DNA of 53,908 nucleotides from the NCBI GenBank assembly GCA_051652765.1, contig JBOFUV010000100.1:1-53908 (forward strand), in the 5' to 3' direction. Source of the DNA: Microcoleaceae cyanobacterium. Its GTDB lineage: Bacteria; Cyanobacteriota; Cyanobacteriia; Cyanobacteriales; Microcoleaceae. The notes under the pieces are model-generated. The model did not search any database. It was not told the DNA's origin and saw nothing but the letters and a program-made list of their open reading frames with translations. Positions within the stretch are counted from its first letter, which is position 1, and each line of letters opens with the position of its first letter. The position numbers and the translations under genes are program-made. Shown here piece after piece: positions 1 through 11,489 of the stretch.

Positions 1-203
1 GGCCCGCGCAGGCCAGATGCCACTCCACAAACATCTCATGAATCATGCTTGATTGCTATAGTTCATCAAGTAATGTCGGCGATCAAAACTCCATGACAGA
101 TCTAATTTCTAGCTTTTTCCTGCCTACAACCCACTCAAGTTTGCAGCGTTCACATTAAGCGGGTTGTAACCTTATCCATCCCAGATGGACAACCTTAGGT
201 TTC

Positions 204-605
204 CTAGTCTACACACTCATCGGATTCAACTTCTAGGTCAACTAACTTGCAAATTAAATTGGAGGGAGGAAATGTCCAATTATTTAAGCAACTCCCCAGA
301 TTCAAACTCATCTTAGAATCTTGTATGGGAACAATGCAGATAGCCAGTTGTCTAACGCCCCCCGTCAATGCCTGAATGGGCTGACTCAGACTAACAACCT
401 CTTGTAAAAGCTGCTCAGCAACCTCTAAAGCAGGAGCAATAATAAAAAAGGTCTTCGTGCCCGTTGGGCTAGGAGCAATCCCAAAGCTACATTCACTCAC
501 GAGCAGTTGAAGGGGCAAACTTAAAGAGTTGTGAAAGTGACGAACAAATGCTTTATAGAAGGATTCACTGAGGGCACGGTCATCAAATGTTGGCTGAGAT
601 AGCAT
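204..605 (-). CDS. Hypothetical protein (133 aa)
   Basis: Open frame with ATG and an upstream GAGGAA; downstream of leuA on the same strand; no recognised motif. Confidence 0.6.
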   Translation of the reverse strand: MLSQPTFDDRALSESFYKAFVRHFHNSLSLPLQLLVSECSFGIAPSPTGTKTFFIIAPALEVAEQLLQEVVSLSQPIQALTGGVRQLAICIVPIQDSKMSLNLGSCLNNWTFPPSNLICKLVDLEVESDECVD

Positions 606-918
606 AGCCAGTTCCTCTTAGAGTGTTGAAGTCTTTTGCAGCTTTCCTGCACTTACTTCATGATTATATTAACACTTTTTAATATAAGAGAATTAACTGA
701 ATTTTTTTGTGATAGTTTAACTTAATCATTGTGATTAAATAAAGTAATATTAGACGATCCAAATCACAATTTTGGGGATAAAGTCCCCCAACTCCTCTTT
801 GATTTTGTTCAACTGATTTAGGATGGCCATATGGAGATGCTGATTTGCAGCATGAACGTGGTGAAGGCTAGAAGCTTTCACCACGGGCATTTTATCAGTC
901 ATGACGGATGACTAGCGG

Positions 919-2556
919 TTAAGACACTGCTACTGGTTTGGCTGCTTCTGTGATCGGAGCCTGATCAATCGAACCCTGAAGACGATTCAACGCATTGACG
1001 TAGGCTTGAGCAGAGGCGACGATAATATCTGTATTTGCCGCATGACCAGAGAACACTCGCCCGTTATACCGCACCCGAATCGTCACTTCGCCAATCGCAT
1101 CAATTCCCGCTGTTACGGACTGAACCGAAAACTCAATCAGTTCATTTGGTAGGTTGACAACGCGATTAATCGCTCGGTAAACCGCATCAACTGGGCCTGT
1201 ACCAATCGCTGCATCCGTCAGCTCAGAACCCGTCGGTGTCCTCAAGGTTACAGTTGCCGTTGGGCGAGCCTGACTCCCACAGGAAACTTGTACCAACTCT
1301 AAACGGAACAACTCTGGAGCCTGCTGAATTTCATCATGGGCGATCGCTTCCAGATCCCAATCCGTGATTTCCTTTTTCTTGTCTGCCAATTCCTTGAACT
1401 TGACAAATGCCTTATTAATCTCAGCCTCAGCCAATTCAAACCCCAAATCTTTGAGACGAGCCTGAAAGGCATGACGGCCAGAATGCTTCCCTAAAACAAT
1501 TTGATTGTCAGTCAAACCAATGGACTGGGCATCCATAATTTCATAGGTCAGCCGATTTTTTAAGACCCCGTCTTGGTGAATCCCAGATTCGTGGGCAAAG
1601 GCATTTGCGCCCACAATCGCCTTGTTGGACTGAACCAGCATCCCGGTGAGATTAGACACCAAACGAGATGTTTTATAGATCTCGCGGGTGTTAATTGCGG
1701 TTAGAGGAGTCTCTGAGTCGGGCGATCGCCCCAAGAAAGGGTTGAAGTACTGCCGCCGTGTATGCAACGCCATCACCAATTCTTCAAGGGCGGCATTCCC
1801 GGCCCGTTCTCCGATGCCATTGATCGTGCATTCAAGCTGACGGGCCCCATTTTTAACCGCTTCTAAAAAGTTGGCAACGGCTAGCCCCAAGTCATTATGG
1901 CCATGAACTGAGATGATAGCTTGATCGATATTGGGCACATTTTCTGTAATCCCCCGAATCAACGCCCCAAACTCAGCGGGTGTTGTATAGCCGACGGTAT
2001 CCGGAATATTTACAGTTGTTGCCCCGGCAGCGATCGCCCGTTCTAAAACTTGATAGAGAAATTCTGGGTCAGAACGCCCTGCATCTTCAGGCGAAAACTC
2101 CACATCTTCCACAAAAGACTTCGCATAGGCTACCATCTCGGGTACTATCTCCAGCACGTCTGCCCGCGTCTTTCGCAGCTTGTGCTGCAAGTGAATATCT
2201 GAAGTGGCCAGAAACGTATGAATGCGAGGATGAACTGCAGGTTTCAGGGCTTCAGCGGCTGCCTCAATATCTCCTCTGGTAGCGCGAGCTAAACTGCAAA
2301 TGATCGGGCCGTCCTCAGTCCCAACCGTGCGGGCAATCCGATTCACGGCCTCAAAATCACCCGGACTCGCGTAGGCAAATCCAGCCTCAATAATATCCAC
2401 CCCTAACCGCACCAACTGCCGAGCGATGGCTAATTTCTCATCTACATTGAGGGTTGCCCCTGGGCATTGTTCCCCATCCCTTAAGGTGGTATCGAAGATA
2501 ATAATTCGATCAATGGTTGGGTCGGGGTTAGACTCCTGATTCAATTCAATGGCCAT
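919..2556 (-). CDS. leuA: 2-isopropylmalate synthase
   Basis: [25 protein letters not shown] and HESGIHQDG motifs, plus the C-terminal regulatory domain (GTGPVDA); GGAGG RBS upstream. Confidence 0.97.
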   Translation of the reverse strand: MAIELNQESNPDPTIDRIIIFDTTLRDGEQCPGATLNVDEKLAIARQLVRLGVDIIEAGFAYASPGDFEAVNRIARTVGTEDGPIICSLARATRGDIEAAAEALKPAVHPRIHTFLATSDIHLQHKLRKTRADVLEIVPEMVAYAKSFVEDVEFSPEDAGRSDPEFLYQVLERAIAAGATTVNIPDTVGYTTPAEFGALIRGITENVPNIDQAIISVHGHNDLGLAVANFLEAVKNGARQLECTINGIGERAGNAALEELVMALHTRRQYFNPFLGRSPDSETPLTAINTREIYKTSRLVSNLTGMLVQSNKAIVGANAFAHESGIHQDGVLKNRLTYEIMDAQSIGLTDNQIVLGKHSGRHAFQARLKDLGFELAEAEINKAFVKFKELADKKKEITDWDLEAIAHDEIQQAPELFRLELVQVSCGSQARPTATVTLRTPTGSELTDAAIGTGPVDAVYRAINRVVNLPNELIEFSVQSVTAGIDAIGEVTIRVRYNGRVFSGHAANTDIIVASAQAYVNALNRLQGSIDQAPITEAAKPVAVS

Positions 2557-2611
2557 AGCTGAAAACCTCCAAATCTAGTGATATCTGGCTTAAGAATTCA
2601 AAATATTGAAT

Positions 2612-2674
2612 ATGAAACCTTCAATATGAAACATTCAACATGAAACCTTCAACATGAAACCTTCAACACGAAAC
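2612..2674. repeat. 14-bp tandem repeat ATGAAACCTTCAAC, about 4.5 copies
   Basis: Units start at 2612, 2626, 2640 and 2654, with a partial unit at 2668; intergenic, upstream of leuA. Confidence 0.9.
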
Positions 2675-2828
2675 AATTAGCCTCCCAGGAGAGCAACCCC
2701 TCCAGCCCGAAGTGCAATCCAGTTCTGCTTGATTCCCGTTTGAAGCTGATAATTCATAAGTGATCTAATTTGCTGAAATCAAATTTGCTGAAATCTAATG
2801 AAATCTAACCCAGTCAAGAAAGATCTCT

Positions 2829-3353
2829 TTACTGAGGATCTACTTTTTCAATATGATCCCGAACCTCATTCAGATCAATGTACCGATCCGTTGCATTCCG
2901 CAATTCTCGGGCAATCATGCCTTCTGTGGAGACAACCGTAATGTGAGTATTCTTAGATCGCAATAATTCAATTGCCCGTTCAAAGTCCCCGTCCCCACTA
3001 AACAAAATAACATGATCATACTGATCGACGGTATTAAACATATCGACAACGATCTCGATATCTAGATTTGCTTTCTGAGAATAACGACCGGAGGTATCGT
3101 CATAATACTCCTTGAGAATTTTGGTTCGAACCGTATAACCTAGGCTAATTAAAGCATCCCTAAAACCCCGTTGATCTTGGGAATCTTTCAATCCGGTATA
3201 CCAGAATGCATTGACTAAGGTCATATCACTTTGCTCATGGCGAAAATAGTTTAAAACTCGCTTTGGGTCAAAGAACCAACCATTTTTTTGCTGGGCGTAG
3301 AACATATTGTTACCGTCTACAAATATAGAAAGACGGTTTTTGGAACTATACAT
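2829..3353 (-). CDS. LabA/DUF88 family NYN-domain protein
   Basis: IFVDGNN, KANLDIEIVVD and LFSGDGDF NYN/PIN-like acidic motifs. labA-like, but labA versus lalA cannot be resolved by eye. Confidence 0.9.
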   Translation of the reverse strand: MYSSKNRLSIFVDGNNMFYAQQKNGWFFDPKRVLNYFRHEQSDMTLVNAFWYTGLKDSQDQRGFRDALISLGYTVRTKILKEYYDDTSGRYSQKANLDIEIVVDMFNTVDQYDHVILFSGDGDFERAIELLRSKNTHITVVSTEGMIARELRNATDRYIDLNEVRDHIEKVDPQ

Positions 3354-3903
3354 AGAAGCCTAAGACCTAGATAATTTGTAGAAAAGAATTTAATCTAAAT
3401 ATCACAATATTAGCATTTTGAACCTGCAAAGCGTTGTAATCTAGTTCGCATCCACTTTTGTGCGATCCTAAATGTGTTAAAGCTAGGCACAAAACATAAC
3501 TGATCCATTTTTGACCTAGATTAAAAACATTAAATATCTGGCAAGGCAGAATCCGAGAAATCATAAAAACACATTTCATGCTGTGAACTTTTACTCCTTG
3601 CACAAGATAAGTCACTGACTCGTCTAATATCAGTAAACACCACTTCCCCAAAGTTCATGTTTCCAGAAAAGCCAGGAACCATCAAAGCATCTACCTAGCT
3701 AAAGCTAAGCCACACCAGAAGTACAAACAGTCTCTAGTCAGATTCCAATCCTACTTAGAACGGATTTTTTAATTAAATGCAATTTAAATCACATAGGTTT
3801 ATAGAACCTTTGAGATAGATCTGTATATACTATTGGATAGATGGGATAAATAGAACTTTATGCTTAGTATATCGTTTTAGTGTCCACACTGCTTTATCAA
3901 TTC

Positions 3904-4557
3904 TTAAGCCTTCTTACTCTCGAGTGCCCATCGAGCCAGCTCAGTGCGGTTATGGAGGCCAGTTTTCCCCAACATATTACTGACATGGCTTTCGACGGTT
4001 CGCTGACTCACCTTCATTTCTATGGCGATATCTCGATTTGCCTTGCCTTGAGCAACAAGCTGTACAACCTTTAACTCCGTTGGGGTCAATTCTACATCGC
4101 CTCGAACTTGAATTGTGGATCTCCCTTCAACCCCAATCCCCTGACGTTTCGTGAGGCGAGACGCTTGTCGAAGCGAAGATTCAACTTGAGCAACCAACTC
4201 CTCCGGTTCAAACGGCTTGACAATGTAGACATCTGCTCCCGTGTTTAACCCTTTGACTTTATCCTGGCTTTGACCCTTTGCGGAGAGGAAAAGCACAGGA
4301 ATCCAACCGATTCGAACATTCTCCCGAATAGTTTTCACTAAGGTATAGCCATCCATCTCAGGCATCATAATGTCACAAATAATTAAGTCCGGCAGGTCTT
4401 TTTCTAAAATTTCTAATGCCTTGACACCATTTTCAGCCGTAACAACCTCATATCCCCGAAATTCCAAGTAATCCCTAACTAACAGAACTAAATTAGGATC
4501 ATCATCAACTAGCATGAGTCGCTTTTGATCGCTGTTGCTCATTTCCTTCATGTTCAC
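3904..4557 (-). CDS. NarL/FixJ-family two-component response regulator (receiver + LuxR HTH)
   Basis: LVDDD, DIMMPEMDG and KPF receiver motifs; LTPTE...GKANRDIA...RTVESH HTH. Confidence 0.93.
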   Translation of the reverse strand: MNMKEMSNSDQKRLMLVDDDPNLVLLVRDYLEFRGYEVVTAENGVKALEILEKDLPDLIICDIMMPEMDGYTLVKTIRENVRIGWIPVLFLSAKGQSQDKVKGLNTGADVYIVKPFEPEELVAQVESSLRQASRLTKRQGIGVEGRSTIQVRGDVELTPTELKVVQLVAQGKANRDIAIEMKVSQRTVESHVSNMLGKTGLHNRTELARWALESKKA

Positions 4558-4756
4558 TATTTGTAATGGCCACTGAGTCCTGAGACCCGATCTCTATTCC
4601 ACAAATTATAGAGTAGGTTATCAACAACTAGAGTAAGTTTAAGTTAACTTAAGGCAGCTCATTGAACTGCTGTCCTTAAACTCAGCCCCAAATTATTGCA
4701 GTCAGGCGTATGACATCTCAGGGAAAGTTAGGGGTTTAAGCCTGAAAAAAGGGCTG

Positions 4757-5212
4757 TCACCCATCAGATTCATCCTTATTTCTGCTGGTAAATAAAGCAT
4801 ACTCCTCTACAATTTTTCCCGCCAAGAGATGATCTTGAATAATTCGTTCAATGACTGCGGGAGTTGTCGCCCGATACCAAACTCCGTCCGGATAGACGAC
4901 TAGAATGGGCCCATCACAACAAACTCTCAAACAGTTGGCTTTTGTCCGAAAAATATAATTTGAATGTTCAGTCGTGGGTTGATCCAGCTTGAGGGCTTTT
5001 AACCGACTTTTCAGATAGTTCCAAGCCTCTAAGCCTGCTTCTTTAGAACAACAGTTGGGTTTGGTTTGATCAGCGCAGATGAAAATATGATGCTGAATTT
5101 GATTGAGTCCTAGAGTTTGCACACAGGTTTGTAGAATGCTTGGATCGGTACAGAACTCGTCGGTACAGGGCGCGGTTGCTTTAGGAGCAGAACGAGAAGA
5201 AGAACTTGTCAT
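4757..5212 (-). CDS. Thioredoxin-like (2Fe-2S) ferredoxin
   Basis: HIFIC...CC and [22 protein letters not shown] pattern. Confidence 0.88.
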   Translation of the reverse strand: MTSSSSRSAPKATAPCTDEFCTDPSILQTCVQTLGLNQIQHHIFICADQTKPNCCSKEAGLEAWNYLKSRLKALKLDQPTTEHSNYIFRTKANCLRVCCDGPILVVYPDGVWYRATTPAVIERIIQDHLLAGKIVEEYALFTSRNKDESDG

Positions 5213-5353
5213 TGGAGCAGTCCAGGGTTAAAAAGGTGAGTCGGTGATCAATTGGTCAGTGCTGCTGATGAGTGCTTGACTCCAGCCTATGACAAGATTT
5301 TATGGCCTGAGGGGGCATTGTCCCTATGTCCCAAGCGTAGTTGGAGAGGGCTA

Positions 5354-5369
5354 GTTCGGGAACCCGTAC
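5354..5369 (+). promoter_or_regulatory. K-box upstream of groESL
   Basis: GTTCGG-GAAC-CCGTAC matches the cyanobacterial K-box GTTCGG-NNAN-CCNNAC. Confidence 0.85.
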
Positions 5370-5380
5370 ATCTAGATGTG

Positions 5381-5410
5381 TTGCGATCAAGTTCATATTT
5401 TCGGTAAATT
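5381..5410 (+). promoter_or_regulatory. groESL sigma70-type promoter (-35 TTGCGA, -10 TAAATT)
   Basis: Hexamers 18 nt apart, lying between the K-box and CIRCE; the -10 overlaps CIRCE. Confidence 0.65.
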
Positions 5411-5435
5411 AGCACTCAGAGCTTGAGAGTGCTAA
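5409..5435 (+). promoter_or_regulatory. CIRCE element (HrcA operator)
   Basis: Perfect TTAGCACTC-N9-GAGTGCTAA upstream of groES. Confidence 0.97.
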
Positions 5436-5544
5436 CTTTGTAAAAGCTAACTTTGTAAAAGTCTGAGAGGGGTTGATCCAGTCCTCCTTCCTCAGCAAGG
5501 CATTCTCTCAATTTTGTAAGGTGATAACTTAGGAGGTTTGTAAT

Positions 5545-5856
5545 ATGGCTGCTGTCGCGCTGAATGTTTCCACAGTGAAGCCGCTTGGAGATCGGGTGTT
5601 CATTAAAGTGAGTGAATCTGAAGAGAAAACTGCAGGGGGAATCTTGCTACCTGACACTGCAAAGGAAAAGCCTCAGGTCGGAGAGATTGTCGCAGCAGGC
5701 CCTGGAAAGCGCAATGATGACGGCTCTCGTTCTGAGCTAGAAGTCAAGGTCGGTGACAAGGTTCTGTATTCCAAGTACGCCGGAACTGACATTAAGCTCA
5801 GTGGTGAAGAGTTTGTTCTGCTAGCCGAGAAGGATATTTTGGCTGTTGTTGGCTAG
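5545..5856 (+). CDS. groES: Co-chaperonin GroES
   Basis: [24 protein letters not shown] and [18 protein letters not shown]. Confidence 0.99.
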   Translation: MAAVALNVSTVKPLGDRVFIKVSESEEKTAGGILLPDTAKEKPQVGEIVAAGPGKRNDDGSRSELEVKVGDKVLYSKYAGTDIKLSGEEFVLLAEKDILAVVG

Positions 5857-5997
5857 TTGTAATTGACCGATAGATACCTTGTGAGGTAGGGAAAAGCCCA
5901 AGTCAAGATCGGATTCTGGGTTGGAACCCCCAAATACAAGGTTTTAATACAAGGTTCTGAATGCACAGTTCCTTCGCAGAAAATTCTACTAATTTAA

Positions 5998-7644
<1,647 letters not shown>

Positions 7645-7763
7645 CTTCTCAAGAGATTTAGAATCAAGGGCGCGAAGGGTAGCAAGGGCTTGAATCCAAG
7701 TTGTACCTGACGTGACCAAAAATCATCCTAGGAATAACTGAAGAGAGTTGTTCTGAATTTAAC

Positions 7764-7792
7764 GAGGTCAGTCGTTGACTGACCTCCTTTTT
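7764..7792 (+). terminator. Rho-independent terminator of groESL
   Basis: GAGGTCAGTC-gtt-GACTGACCTC perfect 10-bp stem followed by CTTTTT. Confidence 0.85.
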
Positions 7793-7881
7793 GTTATAGC
7801 CCTCTGACGAAGACTTGGGCTATAACCCAGAAACCCTGTAGAAACGCTGTATTGAAAGCCTCTATTAGAAAGTACAATCCA

Positions 7882-8133
7882 TTATAGATTTGGCATCAAG
7901 TAATTTCGGTTTTGTCCATGAGTTAACAGCTTCTGTTCCCGTAATAACTCTTGATAGGAGATTGGAACTGTTAGCGGCCAAATGATACTCGCAAACACTA
8001 AAACAATCAGACAGAAAAATCTGTTGTTGTAAGGCAAACAGGTGTCTTTCTGTAACAAATTAAACCAAGTTTTAAACCAAAATAGAGAGACAACGCAATA
8101 AATCAATACAAGAATGGAAAGAGAAGTCGTCAT
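7882..8133 (-). CDS. Small membrane protein (83 aa)
   Basis: Two hydrophobic segments and a WPLTVPISYQELL motif; AGGAG 8 nt before the ATG. Confidence 0.75.
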   Translation of the reverse strand: MTTSLSILVLIYCVVSLFWFKTWFNLLQKDTCLPYNNRFFCLIVLVFASIIWPLTVPISYQELLREQKLLTHGQNRNYLMPNL

Positions 8134-8281
8134 CTTCGGTGCTCCTGTTTAGTACTGGTATCAAATCTATTTCCAAAGAAAACCCGACTATTAGTCACAC
8201 CAAATCTACTGAAGCTGGTGTAGTTGTTGGGATGTGCTCGTAAAGTCAGAAACTTTGTTAATTCCTCAGGGTAGGGATCAT

Positions 8282-8533
8282 TTAGCTCAAGTTGATATCA
8301 TCTTGATTTGATTCCCCTTCCCCCACGATGAGTTCACATAAAAGCTCTAAATAGACCATGGGCAGCATCGCCAATACACCAATACTTGTAATCCCGATCA
8401 CGGCCAACAAATAAAGATGCTTTTTGAAGGATAAATGCCCATTCTTTTCAATCGATGAAACAGACTGTTTTGCAGAGTAAGACTGGGGTTGAGCAGAGTA
8501 AGAACCTGAAAAGGCAGATTGTAAAAAGATCAT
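8282..8533 (-). CDS. Small membrane protein (83 aa; start revised to ATG 8533)
   Basis: AGGAG 8 nt before ATG 8533; one hydrophobic helix ending LPMVYLELL. Confidence 0.6.
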   Translation of the reverse strand: MIFLQSAFSGSYSAQPQSYSAKQSVSSIEKNGHLSFKKHLYLLAVIGITSIGVLAMLPMVYLELLCELIVGEGESNQDDINLS

Positions 8534-8683
8534 CTTCAAGACTCCTAATGAATGCACAGTTGCGGTAGTTGGAATTGTCGGTGTTTCCTGAAAACCAGTC
8601 ACAATTTGGCGAGACCGATCCAGAATTCTGTGTACTTAACGTTCCTGTGTGTTTAACGTTACTTGCCTAGACAAGGTTCCACT

Positions 8684-8833
8684 TCAAACTAGGGCTTGTA
8701 GATCAGGGCGATTTTTCTCCCACAAGAACTCGCTGTAGTCTGCCATCTCATCTAGTCCCAGGAAGTTGAGCAAAAGTTCAGTAACACACCAAATGAGGGC
8801 TAACATCAGTAACTTTCTCCATCTTACATTCAT
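8684..8833 (-). CDS. Small protein, 49 aa (MNVRWRKLLMLALIWCVTELLLNFLGLDEMADYSEFLWEKNRPDLQALV)
   Basis: Translated by hand; AGGAGG 7 nt before the ATG; below the ORF-track length cutoff. Confidence 0.75.
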   Translation of the reverse strand: MNVRWRKLLMLALIWCVTELLLNFLGLDEMADYSEFLWEKNRPDLQALV

Positions 8834-9574
8834 TCATCAACCTCCTAGATGAGAGCTATCAGATTGAACGTTAAGGTCAACTCCTTTTGGATCTAGGGGT
8901 AGAGCATAATCGTTCTTGGGATTTAAGAGGCTTGATTGACCTCCATCTAAACATACGTCTCACCTATACCCCTTATGCAGTTTTAGCTGGATGCTGAACA
9001 ACGGGATGTTGAACATCTAGATGTTCAACAAGGTTGTAGTACTTGACTGCTTTAAATTAGGTAGGTTCCTAATCGTCCAATTTTTTTGCTGAAAGGTGAG
9101 GTTTCCTTGCTCCTCCCCTACAAAATTCAAGATGGCGAACTAGAACAACAGGACTCTGCTAACTCAGGCTTTGTTCAGATCGCAATCTCCCTGAAGATAA
9201 GCATCACCGTTGAGGACTCGTCGGGTTGCTATCAACCTGCGTAATAACTGAAATACCGATGGAACGCTGACATTATTCTTTGAATAACTGCTGAATGTTT
9301 CGCAGCAGCTATTAAATAACAGTCCAAAAGAGTAAGTTTCAAACCTTAGGTATGACATAACTCATAAAACATCTGCATAAACATCACACCTACCGCCATA
9401 TGAATCAGTAATGTATTAACTCTTTTGAGTTTGACATTGAGAACACATAGATACATTGACAAAAGTGATGTTTAAATCTTGATGTTTAGATCTTGCCATT
9501 AAATCTCTGATTAGGGCTATTCGTCGGGTTATCTCCATGTTGTCTCCATGTTCTGTTTTCAAGGTAAAGCAGCT

Positions 9575-9940
9575 ATGACGATTCATGAAATGCTCAAGCA
9601 ACTTGTTAGGCAAATTGATGATTCTTTAGCTTTTCCCATTCTCCAAAAAACTGAAGAAAGTATTGATGAAATTGTGTTTGAATCCGATGTTGGGGATGCT
9701 CACTATTACTTAATCCGTTCTCGCACTCAAGCTGAAAATCTAGCCAATCTCAGTCCACGAGAACACGCGATCGCCCGTTTGGTTGCCAGAGGTTTACCCA
9801 ATAAATTAATTGGCAAGCATTTAGGAATTAGTCGTTGGACAGTCGCAACTCACTTGAGAAGAGTTTACAAGAAGCTCGGTGTTACATCCAGAGCAGCAAT
9901 GACAGCAAAGCTCATTGAAGACCACCTACTTCACAGTTAG
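9575..9940 (+). CDS. Stand-alone LuxR-type HTH transcriptional regulator
   Basis: LSPREHAIARLVARGLPNKLIGKHLGISRWTVATHLRRVYKKLGV; no receiver domain; the start could also be 9548. Confidence 0.88.
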   Translation: MTIHEMLKQLVRQIDDSLAFPILQKTEESIDEIVFESDVGDAHYYLIRSRTQAENLANLSPREHAIARLVARGLPNKLIGKHLGISRWTVATHLRRVYKKLGVTSRAAMTAKLIEDHLLHS

Positions 9941-10037
9941 TGTTTATTATCTCTTCACCCCTGTTCACACATTACTCGACATTCAGGTATTTGCTGTCTA
10001 CACTTCTTCATTTCAATTATCTTATTGGGGGGTTTCT

Positions 10038-10352
10038 ATGCACTTGAAAAAGACCAAGCAGGTATCGATCTTGCTCCTCACAACGATCACCAGTTTAGGA
10101 GTATTGGGTACAACATTTGTCAATCATGGAATCAAATCCAGTCATTCACCTTCCCAATATTGGGTCAATTGTGATCCTCCCTGTCGGCGACCTGGAGGCT
10201 CACGGTTCTCTGAACCTTTAGATGTTAGCTTTAATGATAGTTTCAATACTGAATCTATTGTTAGGATCTCAAGCGTTTCATATACACTAAATCACACCGT
10301 TTGGTTTCAACGCCTGCCATTAAATGATACCCTTGACGTTCATACAATTTAA
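10038..10352 (+). CDS. Putative small secreted or membrane-anchored protein
   Basis: ATG 10038 after GGGGGG; basic plus hydrophobic N-terminus (MHLKKTKQVSILLLTTITSLGVLG); CDPPCRRPGGSR motif; the 3' end overlaps the convergent GNAT gene. Confidence 0.45.
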   Translation: MHLKKTKQVSILLLTTITSLGVLGTTFVNHGIKSSHSPSQYWVNCDPPCRRPGGSRFSEPLDVSFNDSFNTESIVRISSVSYTLNHTVWFQRLPLNDTLDVHTI

Positions 10353-10740
10353 CAGCTTCCTTGAGAACGCTTACCGTCTCCAGCCAGATTTCTTGGAATC
10401 CTTTTGCGGCGATCGCCTGCTCCAATTTCTGTAAAAGAAACTGACCCAAACCCTTTCCCCTTGCCTCGGGTCGTAAGTACATTTTGCGAATTTCTACTGC
10501 ATGATTTCCTCGATGCGTGGGATAGTATGCAGCCGTCCCAACGAGCTTTCCTTGAGATTCCACAACCCAAAACTCTCCTCCAGTTTGATGATAGAATGCC
10601 TCAACTTGGTAGACATCTGCATCTGCTCCATCGGGTTCACATCGCAAACCGTATTCTGCTAGGATGGTAGCAATTAATTGTACCGATGCATCGTAATCGT
10701 CAGGTTGCCAGGGACGAATGAAAAAGTTTTGATATTGCAT
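10261..10740 (-). CDS. GNAT family N-acetyltransferase
   Basis: EIRKMYLRPEARGKGLG acetyl-CoA-binding motif and AVKLYERQGY. Confidence 0.92.
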   Translation of the reverse strand: MQYQNFFIRPWQPDDYDASVQLIATILAEYGLRCEPDGADADVYQVEAFYHQTGGEFWVVESQGKLVGTAAYYPTHRGNHAVEIRKMYLRPEARGKGLGQFLLQKLEQAIAAKGFQEIWLETVSVLKEAVKLYERQGYHLMAGVETKRCDLVYMKRLRS

Positions 10741-10776
10741 TTAACAATTAATCTGACAATTGATCTGACAGTTCAT

Positions 10777-11385
10777 CTAGCTATGAATTCTTGGTTCAGG
10801 ATGTAATGTGGCTAGGATTTCACTTTCAATTTCGGCAAGTTCTTCTAACCGTTGAGTAACGGTTTCAGTGTCAAAATAAGTTGTTGCCAAACCCCAATAA
10901 ATTCCATAGTGGCGAGCTTCTGAAGCCATTAATCCTCGATAAAATTGAGCTAATTCTAGGTCAGGACAGTAGGCGGCGAGTAAGCCAAGTCGTTCATGAC
11001 TACGGGCTTCAATCAACGCTGAAACCAACAAAGCGTCGAGTAGTCGTTGGGGTTCATTGCGGCGAATTTGCTGACTTAAGCTAGAGCCGTAGGGAGGAGC
11101 AGCCAGTGGCCCTAGGGGAATACTGCGCCGTTCTAACCACTGATTTACCAACTCAAAGTGCTCTAACTCTTCCTGGGCGATCGCTGTTAACAGTCGAACC
11201 AATTTTGTATTTGAAGGATAGCGAAACATTAAGTTCAATGCTACCCCTGCGGCCTTGCGTTCACAGTGAGAATGATCAAGCAGAATCGTGTCTAAGTCAC
11301 CAAGAGCCTGATCAATCCAGGCTTGAGTCGTAGGCTGTTTGAGGAACTTAATCTTGGGCAACGTTGGAACACTGAGTTGGAACAC
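10777..11385 (-). CDS. miaE: tRNA-(ms2io6A37) hydroxylase MiaE
   Basis: DHSHCERKAA, EELEHF, IEARSHERL and SEARHY di-iron motifs. Confidence 0.93.
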   Translation of the reverse strand: MFQLSVPTLPKIKFLKQPTTQAWIDQALGDLDTILLDHSHCERKAAGVALNLMFRYPSNTKLVRLLTAIAQEELEHFELVNQWLERRSIPLGPLAAPPYGSSLSQQIRRNEPQRLLDALLVSALIEARSHERLGLLAAYCPDLELAQFYRGLMASEARHYGIYWGLATTYFDTETVTQRLEELAEIESEILATLHPEPRIHS

Positions 11386-11489
11386 TTGGGGTCACTAGCT
11401 GAGAGTCAGTTACTTTGCTAAACTCCATTTTACTGAATTTTACTGATTTCTTGACTGAGAAGACGAGCAAAACATCTCTCTAGGGCTTG

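Noticed and set aside
1..200. Possible CDS fragment at the window start
   Set aside because: Only short frames with no recognisable motif; cannot be supported.
3367..3651. 94-aa minus-strand ORF between the NYN gene and the response regulator
   Set aside because: TTG start, no RBS and no motif; probably promoter DNA.
10180..10206. RRPGGSR as a PatS/PatX heterocyst-inhibitor motif
   Set aside because: It does not match RGSGR; retained only as a loose analogy.
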